From Bacteroidales bacterium (GTDB lineage: Bacteria; Bacteroidota; Bacteroidia; Bacteroidales; VadinHA17), in assembly GCA_041303415.1 (NCBI GenBank), contig JBFYPG010000187.1, positions 9,902 to 73,901 on the forward strand: a DNA stretch of 64,000 nucleotides. Direction: 5' to 3'. Shown piece by piece: positions 7,875 to 22,800 of this stretch. The position numbers and the translations under genes were made by a program. Position 1 is the stretch's first letter. The number at the start of each line of letters is the position of its first letter. Below the pieces are notes generated by a model. That model ran no database searches. It saw nothing but the letters and a program-made list of their open reading frames with translations, and had not been told where the DNA came from.

Positions 7875-10800
7875 ATGAGAGTACCCTCTTTGAAAAGGCT
7901 TGTACTGGTCACAGCCTTCTCAGCAACAGTTTTCAGCCTGTTCTCGCAGACCTTCGTTGAACAGACAGGAATATCCCTGCCGGGCATACAGCGGGGCACT
8001 GTGGCATGGTGCGACTACGACAGGGATGGTGATCTTGACATCCTGATATCCGGAGATAATCTTACCAGCATATACAGGAATGGAGGAAGCAATACTTTCA
8101 CTGAACAAACTTCAATAACCCTTGAAGGGGTATGGCAGGGTTCAGCGGCATGGGGCGACTTCAACAATGACGGTTACCCCGATATCCTGGTGACAGGCTA
8201 CAGTTCGTCAGGCGCCATTTCAAAAGTCTACCGCAACAACGGCAACAATACCTTCACCGGGCAGACAAGCATAATCCTCAAGGGGGTAGGCGACAGCTCA
8301 GTTGATTGGGGAGATTATGATGGTGACGGAGATTTGGATATTTTACTGACTGGAGACGGATATTCAAGAATATACAGCAATAACAGCGATAATACTTTTA
8401 CCTGGCAAACAGGGATCAGCCTGCGAAGTATTAGCAGCGGCTCAGCAGCCTGGGGCGATTATGACAGGGATGGTGATCTTGATATTTTATTGACCGGTTG
8501 GGATAATTCAAGAATATACCGGAATAATGGTAATAATACTTTTTCAGAACAAACCAGCATCAGCTTTATAGGAATTTCTTGTAGTTCAGTGGACTGGGGC
8601 GACTATGATAACGATGGCTATCTGGATATTTTATTGACAGGAAGCGACAATCCCGGGACTCCATTGTCCAAAATCTACCGCAACAATGGAGATAACAGCT
8701 TCTCAGAACAAACCGGTATTGGACTAACAGGAGTAAACAATGGCTCTGCGACCTGGGGCGATTATGACAATGATGGTTTACCGGACATATTATTAACAGG
8801 TAATAGTTCCGGTGGTCCGGTTTCCAAAGTATACAGGAATAACGGCAACAACACTTTTTCTGAGCTGACAGGAATAACTATTCCCGGTGTCGATTATAGT
8901 TGTGCAGTCTGGGGCGATTATAACAATGACGGAAAGCTTGATATCCTTATGGCGGGAGATACACACAGCGGCAATGTGACTAAAGTGTACCAGAACGCCA
9001 CATCAACGGCCAACAGCGCACCGGCGACGCCAACAGGACTAAACGGAGCCGCAGGCACTTCATCAGTTACATTTAACTGGAATACCGTTACAGGCGATGC
9101 AACTCCATCCGGAGGTATGAGCTACAATTTACGCATAGGTACAGCCCCCGGTGGGACAGATGTTATATCTCCCTTATCGCTTGCTTCAGGGTCAAGGCTG
9201 TTGCCCGAAACCGGCAACACCGGATTAAGTGTAAATTTTACACTTAAAAATCCGAAGAAAGCAACATTTTACTGGAGCGTTCAGGCTGTTGATAACGGGT
9301 TCAAGGCCGGTGCATTTGCTTCTGAACAGCTGGTGACTTTTTCTTCTTCTATCCAGGCTTCTTATGTATTTGCCGACAGTATCAGGGAATCGTCAATTCA
9401 GCTTAACTGGATACGGGGGAATGGCACAGCCTGTGCTGTCTTTGCAAAAAAGGACAACAGCGGTACGGCATCTCCTTCAAATGGAACCTTGTACACTGCA
9501 AACAGTGTTTTTGGCAATGGTCAGCAGATAGGATCAACCGGATGGTATTGCATTTATAACGGGACAGGATCCACTGTTAAAGTGACCGGACTGGCACCTG
9601 TTACCGAATATATCTTCCAGGTTTTTGAATACGAGGCAGGGCCTTCATATTATTCGCAAACAGGAGAGTCGAATCCCGCAGTGATCCAGACAAATGGATT
9701 TGAGGAGCAGGCCGGTATTGCGCTTCAGGGAGTTAATAACGGCTCTGCCGAATGGTTTGATTATGACAGGGACGAAGACCTGGATATCATCCTTGCAGGT
9801 GACGGTATGACAAAGATCTACAGGAATGATGGCAGCAATGTATTTAATGAACAGGTTGGAATAATACCGGAAACCATAAGCAACGGTTCGGTTTCGACCG
9901 GAGATTATAACAACGATGGTTTCCCTGATATTCTTATGTCAGGGGATGGTCCCGGTGTTACGAAAATTTACAGGAACAATGGCGGCATCTCATTCACTTT
10001 TCAGTCGGGTATTATTCTGCCCGCAATAAGCAACGGATCTGCCGAATGGGGTGACTATGACAATGACGGTGATCTGGATATTGTTATTGCCGGCAACGGT
10101 TTTATCAGGATATACCGCAATAACCATGATAACACGTTTTCGTGGCAGTCTGAAATAGAACTTCCGGGTACTGCTGAAAGCTCCACAGAATGGGGCGACT
10201 CTGATAACGACGGTGATCTGGACCTGCTTGTGACAGGTTGGAACACCACACGGGTTTACAGGAATAATGGAGATAATACCTTCACTGAAATAACAGGCCA
10301 GCCATTTCATGGGGTTTCATGGGGCTCAACATCATGGGGCGATTATGATAATGACGGATGGATCGATATACTGCTTACCGGAAACGGAGCTGCAAGGGTT
10401 TACCGTAACAATCATGATAACACATATTCATATCAGTCATCGATTATTCTGGCAGATACCTGGAACAGTTCCGGTGCATGGGGCGATTTTGACAACGATG
10501 GCTATTCTGATATACTATTAACCGGATGCTGTCCGGCAGGATCGGTTTCCAGCGTTTTCAGGAATAACGGGAATAATACATTTTCTGAACAGAAGGGCAT
10601 TATTCTTACCAGTATATGCAATGGAACGGCCGTCTGGGGTGATTATAACAGTGATGGCAGACTGGATATACTTTTATCGGGAGGTTCCCCAACCGGAAAT
10701 ATAACAAAGGTATATTCCAATTCACTCTTGAGTTCCAACGCTGTTCCGCCGGCACCATCAGGTTTGTCATCGGTTGTAAATGAAACCTCAGTTTTGCTTC

Positions 10801-13800
10801 AGTGGAATGATGTAACGGGAGATGCCACCCCGGTTAACAGTATGAGTTATAATATCCGTATCGGAACTTCACCGGGCGGCAGTGAGATTAAATCGCCTCT
10901 TTCACTCTCATCCGGCAGAAGGCTGATATCAGCAAATGGCAATGCACAATTGAATAACCAGTTCATCCTGAGAAACCTGCCGAAAGGGACTTTCTACTGG
11001 AGCGTTCAGGCTGTTGACAATGGATTTTCAGGCGGGCCGTTTGCTGCCGAGCAATCTTTTACATGGTCCGTATCAAATCCGGCTTCAGGTATAATAGCCG
11101 ACAGCATTAAAACATCATCGCTGATACTTAACTGGACCCGGGGAAACGGATCAGCATGTGCAGTGTTTGCAAAGAAAGAAAACAGCGGATCAGCCTCACC
11201 TGTCAATGGAACTGCTTATACTGGTGATCCTGTTTTTGGAAATGGCACCCAAATCGAAACAAGCGGATGGTACTGTATTTATAACGGAACAGGATCATCT
11301 GTGAAAGTCACGGGGCTTGATATATTGTCATATTACATTTTCCATGTGATAGAATATGAGGCCGGACCTTCTTATTATTCTGCTGTGGGAGAAAATAACC
11401 CTGCAGTTTTACAGACAAACGCATTTACCCTGAGATCTGATTTCACTTTCCCGAACCTTAATCACGGTTCACCTGAATGGTGCGACTATGACAGGGATGG
11501 TGATCTGGATGTGCTTCTCGCCGGTGACGGATGGTCAAAGATATATCGCAACGAAGGCGGAACTGATTTTATTGAACAGACGGGAATAGTACTCGTCGGG
11601 GTCAGCAACTGCGCCATGGCATGGGAAGATTATGATCTGGACGGTTATCCTGACATCCTGATAACCGGTGATGGACCATCCGGCCAGATTTCAAAAATTT
11701 ACAGGAACAATCAGGACAGCACTTTTTCAGAACAGGCAGGTATTGTATTGCAGGGCGTGCGAAGCAGCTCTGTTGCCTGGGGCGATTATGACAATGACGG
11801 GGACCCGGACATACTGCTTACAGGAAGCGGGTTCTCACAGATTTACAGCAATAACGGCAATAACACTTTTACATGGCAGAACGGAATAAACCTTCAGAGT
11901 ATTGATGACGGCTCGGCAGCGTGGGGCGATTATGATCGTGATGGAGATCTTGATATAGTGCTTACCGGATGGGGGAATTCAAAAATTTACAGGAATAACG
12001 GGAATAACTCATTTACTGATCAAACCACTATTTTCCTCCAGGGAGTTCACAACAGTTCGGCTGTATGGGGCGATTATAATAATGACGGCTATCCTGATAT
12101 CCTGCTGACAGGATGGGACAATATAAAGCAAATATCAAAGATATATCGTAACAATGGTGACAATACATTCACTGACCAGGCATCGATTATAATGAAAGGC
12201 ATTCAGGGAGGTGCAGCAGCCTGGGGTGACTTTGATAATGACGGATTTATTGATATCCTTCTTTCCGGCTGGAGCTCTTCGGGTAATACAACAAAAGTAT
12301 ACAGAAACAATGGAGACAATACATTCACTGAACAGACCGGAATAGAACTTCCGCAGGTATCAAACGGTTCAGTATCATGGGGCGACTTCAATAATGACGG
12401 CAGGCTTGACATATTTCTGACAGGTGCAGGGGATGGGTATAATTTATCTGCAATTTTTCAGAATAACCTGCCACAATCCAATACTGCTCCTTCAGCGCCA
12501 TCAGGGCTCTCTTCAACAACTGATGAATCATCAATAACTTTTAACTGGAGCGGCGTTACAGGTGATGCCACACCTCCGGACGGAATGAGTTATAATGTCA
12601 GAGTGGGAACAACACCCGGCGGCAGCGATGTGGTCTCTCCCGTTTCGCTGGCATCGGGAACACGTCTGATCCCGGTATATGGCAATGCCAGGTCAAATTA
12701 CAAATTTGTCCTGAAAAATCCTGAAAAGGCAACTTATTACTGGAGCGTACAGGCAATCGATAATGGTTTCCTGGCCGGTGCTTTTGCTGCTGAACAGTCT
12801 GTAACATTCTCATCTCCTCTCCAGGCTTCGATGTTGTTCACTGACAGTATCATGCCGTCGTCGTTAAAACTTAACTGGACCCGGGGTAACGGAACAGCCT
12901 GCGTTGTATTTGCAAAAAAAGCAAACACAGGCACTGCAGCACCGGCAGATGGCACATCATATACCGCCAATAGTGTGTTTGGCAGCGGTTCTCAGATACT
13001 CACAAGCGGATGGTACTGTGTTTACAACGGGTCAGGGACGAACGTGAAAATCACGGGACTGGAACCGTTAACATATTATATTTTCCAGGTAATCGAATAT
13101 GATTCGGGCCCTGTCTATACTACAATAACAGGTCAGAATAATCCTGTTGTACAGCAGACAAACGCATTCACAGAGATAACAGGGCTGACAATCCCGGGGG
13201 TTAATAACAATTCAGCAGCATGGTGCGACTATGACAGGGACGGCGACCTTGACCTGCTGACTGCAGGTGACGGAATTACAAAGATTTACAGGAATGAGGG
13301 CAGCGATACTTTCAATGAACAGAGCAGCATAGTTCTGACCGGAGTATCTAACAGTGGTCTGGCCTGGGGTGACTATAATAATGACGGTTATCCCGATATA
13401 CTGCTGACAGGCGATGGCCCCTCGGGACCTGTTTCAAAAGTTTACCGCAATAACGGGAACAATTCTTTTACCGAACAGACAGGAATTACGCTTATGGGAG
13501 TAAGCAACAGCTCCGTGGCATGGGGCGACTTCAATAATGACGGGCTGTCAGATATACTTTTATCGGGACATAATAATACCGGAAACGGTATTACAAGGAT
13601 ATACCGGAACAATGGTGATAACACATTTACCTGGCAGGAGAGCATAGTACTGACAGGAGTCTCGGAAAGTTCGGTTTCGTGGGGCGACATTGATAATAAC
13701 GGATTTTCCGATATTCTCGTCAGAGGCTGGGGCGGCACAAGGCTATACCGCAACAACGGCGATAATACTTTCACAGAACTGTCAACTACAAACTGGAAAG

Positions 13801-16800
13801 GAGCAAGCTGGGGATCATCATCGTGGGGAGACTATGATAACGATGGCTGGCTCGATCTTCTGCTTACCGGTGACGGGTATACCTATGTCTATTCAAATAA
13901 CCGTAATGGATCTTTTTCAGAGGTGACAAATGTGGTTCTTGACCAGGTATGGCAGGGATCAGGAAGCTGGGGCGATTTTGACAACGACGGGTATGCTGAC
14001 ATACTCCTTAGCGGTTATACATCAACCACCAGTATAACTAAAGTGTACAGGAATAATGGTGATAAAACATTTACATATCAGCCGGGGATCGCCCTCACAG
14101 GTATCGGAAACGGCAACGCAATCTGGGGTGACTATAACAATGACGCGAAACTTGATATATTCCTTATTGGTAACAACGCCAACGGCAATACTGCCAGACT
14201 GTTTAAAGGGGGGATGCCAACTTCAAATTCCTCACCATCAGCACCTTCCGGGTTATCCGCAACTGCAAACGAGGAATCCATAATCTTCAGATGGAACAGG
14301 GTGGCCGGTGACGCTACTCCCGCGAAGGCAATGAGCTATAATGTGAGGCTGGGGACAACGCCGGGCGGAAGCGAAATAGTATCTCCGATGTCGCTGCCGG
14401 CAGGCAAAAGGCTGGCGCCTGATCCCGGAAATGCATTTGCCGATACCCTTTTTATATATAAGAATCCCCCGAAAGCGACTTATTACTGGAGCGTGCAGGC
14501 GATAGATAACGGGCTGTCAGCAGGTCCGTTTGCATCTGAACAATCCATTACATATTCCTATTCCGCCCAGGCATCGCATGTTTCTGCCGACAGTATCAGG
14601 GCTCTCGACATGGTTATAAGATGGGTCAGGGGAAATGGCAGCGGCTGTGCAGTGTTTGCAAAGCAAGGAAGCAGCGGCACAGCTTTGCCGCTTAACGGAA
14701 CTTCCTATGCTGCCGATCCGGAATTCGGCAACGGATCACAGATCGGCACAAGCGGATGGTACTGTGTATACAACGGGACAGGCACAAATGTAAGAGTGAC
14801 AGGGCTTGAGCCTGCTACGACATATATTTTCAGTGTTGTTGAATATGAGCCAGGCCTGGCTTATTATACATCAACAGGAGCTGACAATCCGGGTATTATC
14901 AGGACTCACCTTTTTGCCGAACAGTCCGGAATAACCCTGCCCGGTATAGGGAACCGTTCATCCGTTTCATGGTGCGATTATGACAGGGACGGAAATCTTG
15001 ATATCCTGCTCACGGGAGATGGAATTTCAAAGATCTACCGGAACGAAGGCAGCGGGTCCTTCATCGAACAGACAGAAATAATCCTTGAGGGTGTGTGGGG
15101 AGCAGCCTCGGCCTGGGGCGACTATGATTGTGACGGATATCCTGACCTTCTGATAACTGGCTGGATAAGTGCAGGTTATAATGCTTCCCGGATTTACCGT
15201 AATAACGGTAACAATACTTTTACATGGCAATCTTCAATCGCACTTATAGGTGTGGGAAACGGAGCAGTAGCCTGGGGCGACTATGATAACGACGGCGATC
15301 CTGATATTATTCTTACAGGCAGCAGATATTCAAAAATTTACAGAAACAACGGGGATAATACTTTTACTGAACTTACCGGAATCTCACTTTATGGAGTGGA
15401 AGTAAGTTCGGTGGAGTGGGGAGATTATGATCTGGACGGCGACCTTGATATTCTGCTTTCAGGACAGACTTCAAGTAACGGAATGACAAAGCTATTCCGG
15501 AATAACGGTGATAATACCTTTACCGAGCAAAACGGAATTGAATTTAACAGAACAACCGATGGTTCTGCTGCCTGGGGTGATTATAACAATGACAGTTATC
15601 CCGATGTCCTGGTAGCAGGCTGGGGGAACTCTTATCTATACAAAAATAATGGAAATAATACTTTCACATGGCAAAGTAATATTGTGACAGAGGGAATCCA
15701 TCAATGCACTGTGAACTGGGCCGACTATGACAATGACGGCTTACTTGATGTTCTGCTGACAGGAAATGATAATAATAATAACCTGATATCAAAAGTATTC
15801 AGGAATACCGGCAGCAATAGTTTCACTGAGCAAATTGATATAGTTCTCAGGGGTGTCAACCGTGGAAGTGCGGCCTGGGGTGATTACGACAATGACGGGA
15901 AGATTGATATACTCCTTACAGGCAATACAACTTCCGGGAACATAACACGGATTTACAAAAACTATACTGCTTCAGCAAATGCAGCGCCTCCTGCTCCGGC
16001 CGGATTATCTGCAGTTGTCAATGAATCATCCCTTGTATTCAGGTGGAACAGGGTTTCAGGCGATGCCACTCCTGCAAAAGGGATGACATACAATATCCGT
16101 ATCGGAACGGTTCCGGGCGGCAGCGATGTTGTTCCTCCGATGTCCTTATCATCAGGATCACGCCTTATTCCATGGGTTGGAAATACAGGGAGTGATACAT
16201 TGTTCATACTTCGCTATCCTGAAAAGGCAACTTATTACTGGAGTGTTCAGGCTATTGATAACGGTTTGAAAGCAGGCGCTTTTGCCTCAGAGCTGTCAAT
16301 TGCGTACTCTTCACGGATCCAGGCTTCCCAGGTTGCGGCCGTGAATGTTGAGGCAAACATTCTCAGGCTCGAATGGAGAAGGGGAAACGGATCAGCCTCC
16401 GCTGTATTTGCTAAGAAAGGAACTACAGGAACAGCACTTCCTGCTGACGGAACAACCTACAGCGCTGACCAGGTATTCGGCAGCGGCAACCAGATAGGAA
16501 CATCGGGCTGGTATTGTGTTTACAACGGCACATCATCAGGAGTGAATATTTCCGGGCTGGAACCACTTACAAATTATATCTTCCATGTAATAGAGTATGA
16601 TCCGGGTCCATCGTACTATACTCAGACCGGTCAGGCAAATCCGGCTCTGATTATGACAAACGTATTTTCCAGGCAAACCGGTATTTCACTGCAGGGCGTC
16701 TCGGGCAGTTCGGTTGCATGGGGTGATTATGACGGTGACGGTGATCCTGATATACTTCTTACCGGCTATAAATTAAATAACGAAAGAATCTCCAGGATAT

Positions 16801-19800
16801 ACCGCAATGACGGAAGCAATACGTTTACTGAACAAACAGGTGTTTATCTTCAGGGTGTGCAGAATGGCTCGGCTGAATGGTGTGACTATGATAATGACGG
16901 GGATCTCGATATTCTGATTTCAGGTGAAGGGATATCAAAAATTTACCGTAACAATGGCGCCGGTTCATTCTCTGAACAATCAGGTATTGTTTTCCCCGGA
17001 ATGAATCAATCTTCAGTTGCCTGGGGAGATTATGACAATGACGGTTTTCAGGACATTCTTCTTACTGGTCACAATTCAAACTGGATTACCATTTCAAAGA
17101 TCTATCGTAATAACGGCAATAATTCATTTACCGAACAATCGGGCATAACTCTGCCTCCCATGGGCAATAGTACAGTTGCTTGGGGCGATTATGACAATGA
17201 CGGATACCGGGATATCCTGCTGGGTGCCTATAAGATCTATCATAACAACAGCGATAACAGCTTTTCTGAACTGACCGGTGTCGATCTCTATGGATTGAAT
17301 GAATCTTCAGTATCGTGGGCAGACTACAATAACGACGGATTCCTCGATATATTTATCACCGGCTCCTCAAATGCAGAGTCGTTTGCAAAACTTTACAGGA
17401 ATAACGGTAACAGCACTTTTACAGAAGAATCAGGGTTAAATATTAAAGGGATTTACCAGGGATCAGCAACCTGGGGAGATTTTGACAATGACGGCAATAC
17501 CGACCTTCTGTTAACCGGGGGAGGTCTGGTAAAAATTTACCGTAACCAGGGTAATAATACTTTTGCGGAGTATCCCGATCTCCTGCAGGCCGGACTTCAG
17601 AACTCTTCTGCTGCATGGGGTGATTACGACAATGACGGCAGACTCGATATCCTGCTGTCAGGCCAATCGGGGAGCGGATATATTACAGCAATCTACAAAA
17701 ACGTTGCAGGGTCAGTCAACACCGCACCTGAAGCTCCCATTGAACTTTCATCATCAATCGATGAAACATCGATAGTATTCAAATGGAACCGGACCACCGG
17801 AGATATCACTCCCGGGAAGGGAATGAGTTATAATGTAAGAGCCGGGACTAATTCCGGAGCAGTTAATACGATCTCTCCGATGTCCCTGTCATCCGGAGCC
17901 CGTCTTATCCCGGCCATGGGTAACGCCTTTTCCGACACTCTTCTGGTTCTCAGGAATCCTAAGAAAGCTAATTATTATTGGAGTGTGCAGGCAGTCGACA
18001 ACGGATACAAAGCAGGAATGTTTGCAGCCGAGCAGTCGGTAACTTATGCTCTCTCGGTGCAGGCATCTAATGTTTTTGCCGACAGTATTAAGACCACGGC
18101 CCTGAAACTGTACTGGACAAGAGGAAACGGATCCGCATGTGCAGTATTTGCCAAAAAGAGCGACAGCGGAACAGCATCACCTGTCAATGGTACTGTTTAT
18201 AATGCTGATCCGGTCTTTGGCAGCGGATCACAGATTGGCTCAAGCGGATGGTACTGTGTTTACAATGGCATTAAGAATTATGTTGTTGTTACAGGTATTG
18301 AAGCTGCTGTTGGTTATATATTTCATGTAATAGAATATGAAGCAGGTCCTTCATATTACACTCAGACAGGACAGTCGAATCCCTTTATGCTTCAGCCATC
18401 CATTCTTTCCGAACAGAGCAGCATTTCTCTCGCGAATTTGGGGAACGGCGCTTCTGTTGCCTGGGGCGACTATGACAATGACAATGACCTGGACATACTT
18501 ATTACAGGCGATAATCAATCACTTATTTACAGGAACGACGGAAGTAATATCTTCACCCAGCAGAACGGGATCACTCTTCAGGGTATTTGGCAGGGTTCTG
18601 TTGCCTGGGGCGATTATGACAATGACGGTGACCTTGATATTCTTTTATCAGGAGCAATTAATACCGGTTCTGTATCCAAAGTATACAGGAACAACGGCAA
18701 TAATTCATTTACTGATCAGACTGATATAATATTGACAGGTTTGTCGAGCTGTTCGGCAGCCTGGGTCGATTTCAATAAAGACGGTCGTCTGGATATTTCA
18801 CTGGCAGGTAATGGTAATTCGGGTTCCGTGACCAGCCTTTATCGCAATGACGGGAATAACCTGTTTACCGGACTGGCGGGATTTGGAATTCCGGGATTAA
18901 GCAGCAGCTCAATTGCATGGGGAGATTACGATAACGATGGTTATCCTGATGCTTTAGTATCGGGAAACAGTCCTGAGGGAACAATTTCGAGGATCTATCG
19001 CAATAATGGCAACTCGACTTTTACATGGCAGGAAGGTATCAGCCTTTCAGGGATAAATGATGGTGCAGTAGCATGGGGTGATTATAATAACGATGGCTTG
19101 CAGGATATTCTGATATCCGGGAACGGAATATCCAAGCTCTACCGTAACAATGGCAATAACACCTTTTCGGAGCAGACAGGAATACAACTGGAGGGTCTCA
19201 GTAGTTCATCGGCTGCCTGGGGTGATTATGATAATGACGGCTACGCTGACCTTATTCTCACAGGATGGACGAACACCAGTAAAGCTGTCTCAATACTCTA
19301 TCACAATGATGGGAACAACACTTTCTCCGAAAAGACTGATGTTTATCTTACCGATGCGAATGATGGTTCGGCGGCATGGGGTGATTATAACAACGATGGC
19401 AGGCTTGACCTTTTACTTTCAGGAACGGATGAATACGGTGCACGGTTTACCCGGATATTCCGAAACTACGCTCCCATAGCCAATGTTCCACCTGCTGCAC
19501 CTGCAGATGTTTCAGTTACGGGCACCAGTACCTCACTGATCCTTCACTGGGAAGGTGTTGAAGGCGATGCCACCCCTGCCGGAAGCATGAATTATAATGT
19601 CAGAATTGGTACTTCCCCGGGCGGCTCCGATATTGTCTCTCCTATGTCGCTCCACACCGGATCGCGGCTTTTACCGAAACATGGCAATGCATGGTCTGAT
19701 ACTCTTTTCATCCTGAATACTCCGGCAAAAGCAACATATTATCTGAGTGTTCAGGCAATCGATAACGGATTTGCCGCCGGTCCTTTTTCAACCGAACAAA

Positions 19801-22800
19801 CTTATTCCTACTCCCAGTCAATACAGGCTTCACTTGTAATTGCCGATTCTGTCCAGGCAACTACATTGAAGCTTCTCTGGACGCGAGGTAACGGAACGGC
19901 TTGTGCCGTATTCGCCCGTAAAGCTGAAAGCGGAACCGCTTCACCCGCCGATGGAACAACATATACTGCAAATCCTCTCTTCGGATCAGGTTCCCAGATT
20001 GGAACGACAGGATGGTACTGTGTCTATGGCGGCACTGACAATCATGTAAAGATAACCGGCCTTGAGCCTCTCACGACCTATGTTTTCCATGTAATTGAGT
20101 ATGAACCAGGACCTTCCTGGTACACTCAGTCAGGCCAGGGAAATCCATTGGTAGTTCAGACCAGCCTTTTCAGCGAAATTAAGAATTCCGGGTTACGGGG
20201 TATCAGCTCGGGTTCTGCTGCATGGGGCGATTATAATAATGACGGAGACCTGGATGTCCTGCTGACCGGTTATGATCTTTCAGGCAGAATAACGCGATTA
20301 TACAGGAATAACGGGGACAGCACTTTCACCGGGCAGTCTGATATTATCTTCCCTCAGCTATCAGAAAGCTCTGCAGCCTGGGGTGATTATGACAACGACA
20401 ACGATCTCGACCTCATTTTAACAGGTTCCTCGGACGAAAGGCTGATCTCACAGGTTTACAGAAATGATGGCAGCAACACTTTTACCGGACAGACAGAAAT
20501 TTCACTTACTCCGGTAAACCAGAGTTCCGTTGCATGGGGTGACTACGATAATGATGGCTGGCTCGATATCCTGCTGAGCGGTGATAACGGCAATGGTCAG
20601 ATCACAAAGATTTACAGAAACTATGGCAATGGAACATTCGTTAATCAGCCATCAATAATGCTTCCGGGATTGAGCGGAGGTTCAGTTGAATTTGGAGATT
20701 ATGACAATGACGCGGACCTTGACATCCTGATTTCAGGGAACAATTATAACAGGATCTACCGGAATAATGGCGATAATAGTTATTCGGAGCTCAGCGAAGT
20801 ATATTTAAGAGGAGTCTCGGGCGGTGAAGCAATATGGGGTGATTATGATAACGACCGAGACCTTGACATATTGGTGACCGGTAACGGAAGTACAGTGATA
20901 TACCGCAATAACGGAAATAATATTTTCGAGGAGCAGACTGGTATTGCCCTCGAAGGAATTCATGGGGCATCTGCTGCCTGGGCTGACTATGATAATGACG
21001 GCAATATCGATATCCTTCTTGCCGGTTATGATAACACATGGATCCCGGTTTCAAAGGTGTACAGGAATAATGGCAGTAACAGCTTTACAGAGCAGACAGG
21101 CATCAGGCTGGAAGGTGCAGGGAACAGTACTGTTGCCTGGGGAGATCAGAATAATGACAATAAGCTGGATATATTGCTTGCCGGCAGCAACAGGAACTCC
21201 AACATCATCAGGTTATACAGCAATAACATTCTTTCATCCAATATACTTCCGCCGGCTCCCTCAGGATTAACTGCAGCCGCCACCGAGTCATCCATCATAC
21301 TGAAATGGAACAGGATAACGGGAGATGAAACTCCGTCAGGCGGAATGATGTACAATGTTCGTATCGGTACTGCTCCCGGGAAAGGCGATGTTGTCACTCC
21401 CATGGCACTCAGTTCAGGACGGAGGCTTCTTCCCGGGAGGGGTAATGCACAGTCAGATACGGCGTTCATACTTAAGAATCCGCAGAAATTAACCTATTAC
21501 TTCAGTGTTCAGGCAATTGACAATGGTTATTCTGCCGGCCCCTTTGCTGCCGAACAGACTATTACTTATACTTATTCGCTGCAGGCTTCCCGGATAGTGA
21601 CCGGAGAAGTCCAGGGATCGAAGCTTGAGCTTGTATGGACAAGGGGTAATGGCGCCGGTTGCGCAGTTTTTGCCAGAAAAGGAACCGGCAGTACAGCTGC
21701 TCCTGCTGATGGAGCTGTATACACAGCAGACGAGTATTTCGGCAGCGGCACACAGATAGGCACCAGCGGGTGGTTCTGTGTTTACAACGGTACAGGGAGC
21801 GAGGCTGATGTCAGTGGGCTTGAAGGGCTGTCTCAATATACCTTCCATGTGATTGAATATGATGCAGGCCTGAAATATGACACAAGATCAGCCCAGAATA
21901 ATCCGCTTATGGTACAGACCGGCTTGTTTGACAAACAAACCGGGATCACAATTCCGGGATTATCCGGAAGCAGTATGGCATGGGGCGATTATGACAACGA
22001 CGGTGATCCTGACCTGCTGATAACCGGATCATCTTCAACAGAGAATATATCCAGGATCTACCGTAATGAAGGAGGCAATTCATTCACGGAACAGACAGGA
22101 ATAAGCCTGCAGGGAATAAGAAGAGGATCTCCTGCGTGGGGAGATTATGACAACGACAACGATCTGGATATCCTGCTTACTGGCAGCGGGTATTCAAAGG
22201 TTTACACGAACAATGGAGATAATACTTTTACTGAACAGACTGATATTGCCCTGATTCCGGTTCAGAACAGTTCATCTGCCTGGGGAGATTATAATAATGA
22301 CGGGTATATGGATATCCTTATTACTGGGAACTCTGCAGGCGGCAATGTTTCAAAGGTCTACCGGAATAATGGCAATAATACCTTTACGGAACAAACCGGT
22401 ATCCTCCTGCAGGGAGTATCTCTTGGATCAGCTTGCTGGGGTGATTATGACAATGATCACGATCTCGATATCCTGCTTACCGGATCCACAACAGACAATG
22501 TATCCGGAGCGATTGTCAGGATATACAGGAACAACGGTGATAACACCTTTACGGAACAGACGGACATTTCTATTTATGGCGTCTTTGAAAACTCGGCAGC
22601 CTGGAGCGATTATGATAACGACGGCGACCTTGATATTACAATAAGCGGTCAATCTTCAATAGGATTTATTTCAAGGATCTACCGGAATAACGGCGACTAT
22701 ACATTCAGCTATCAGGCATCGATCTCACTTCCGGGTTTGTGGCAGGGCGCCATAACATGGGGCGATTTTGACAACGACGGCGATCCTGACCTGATACTGG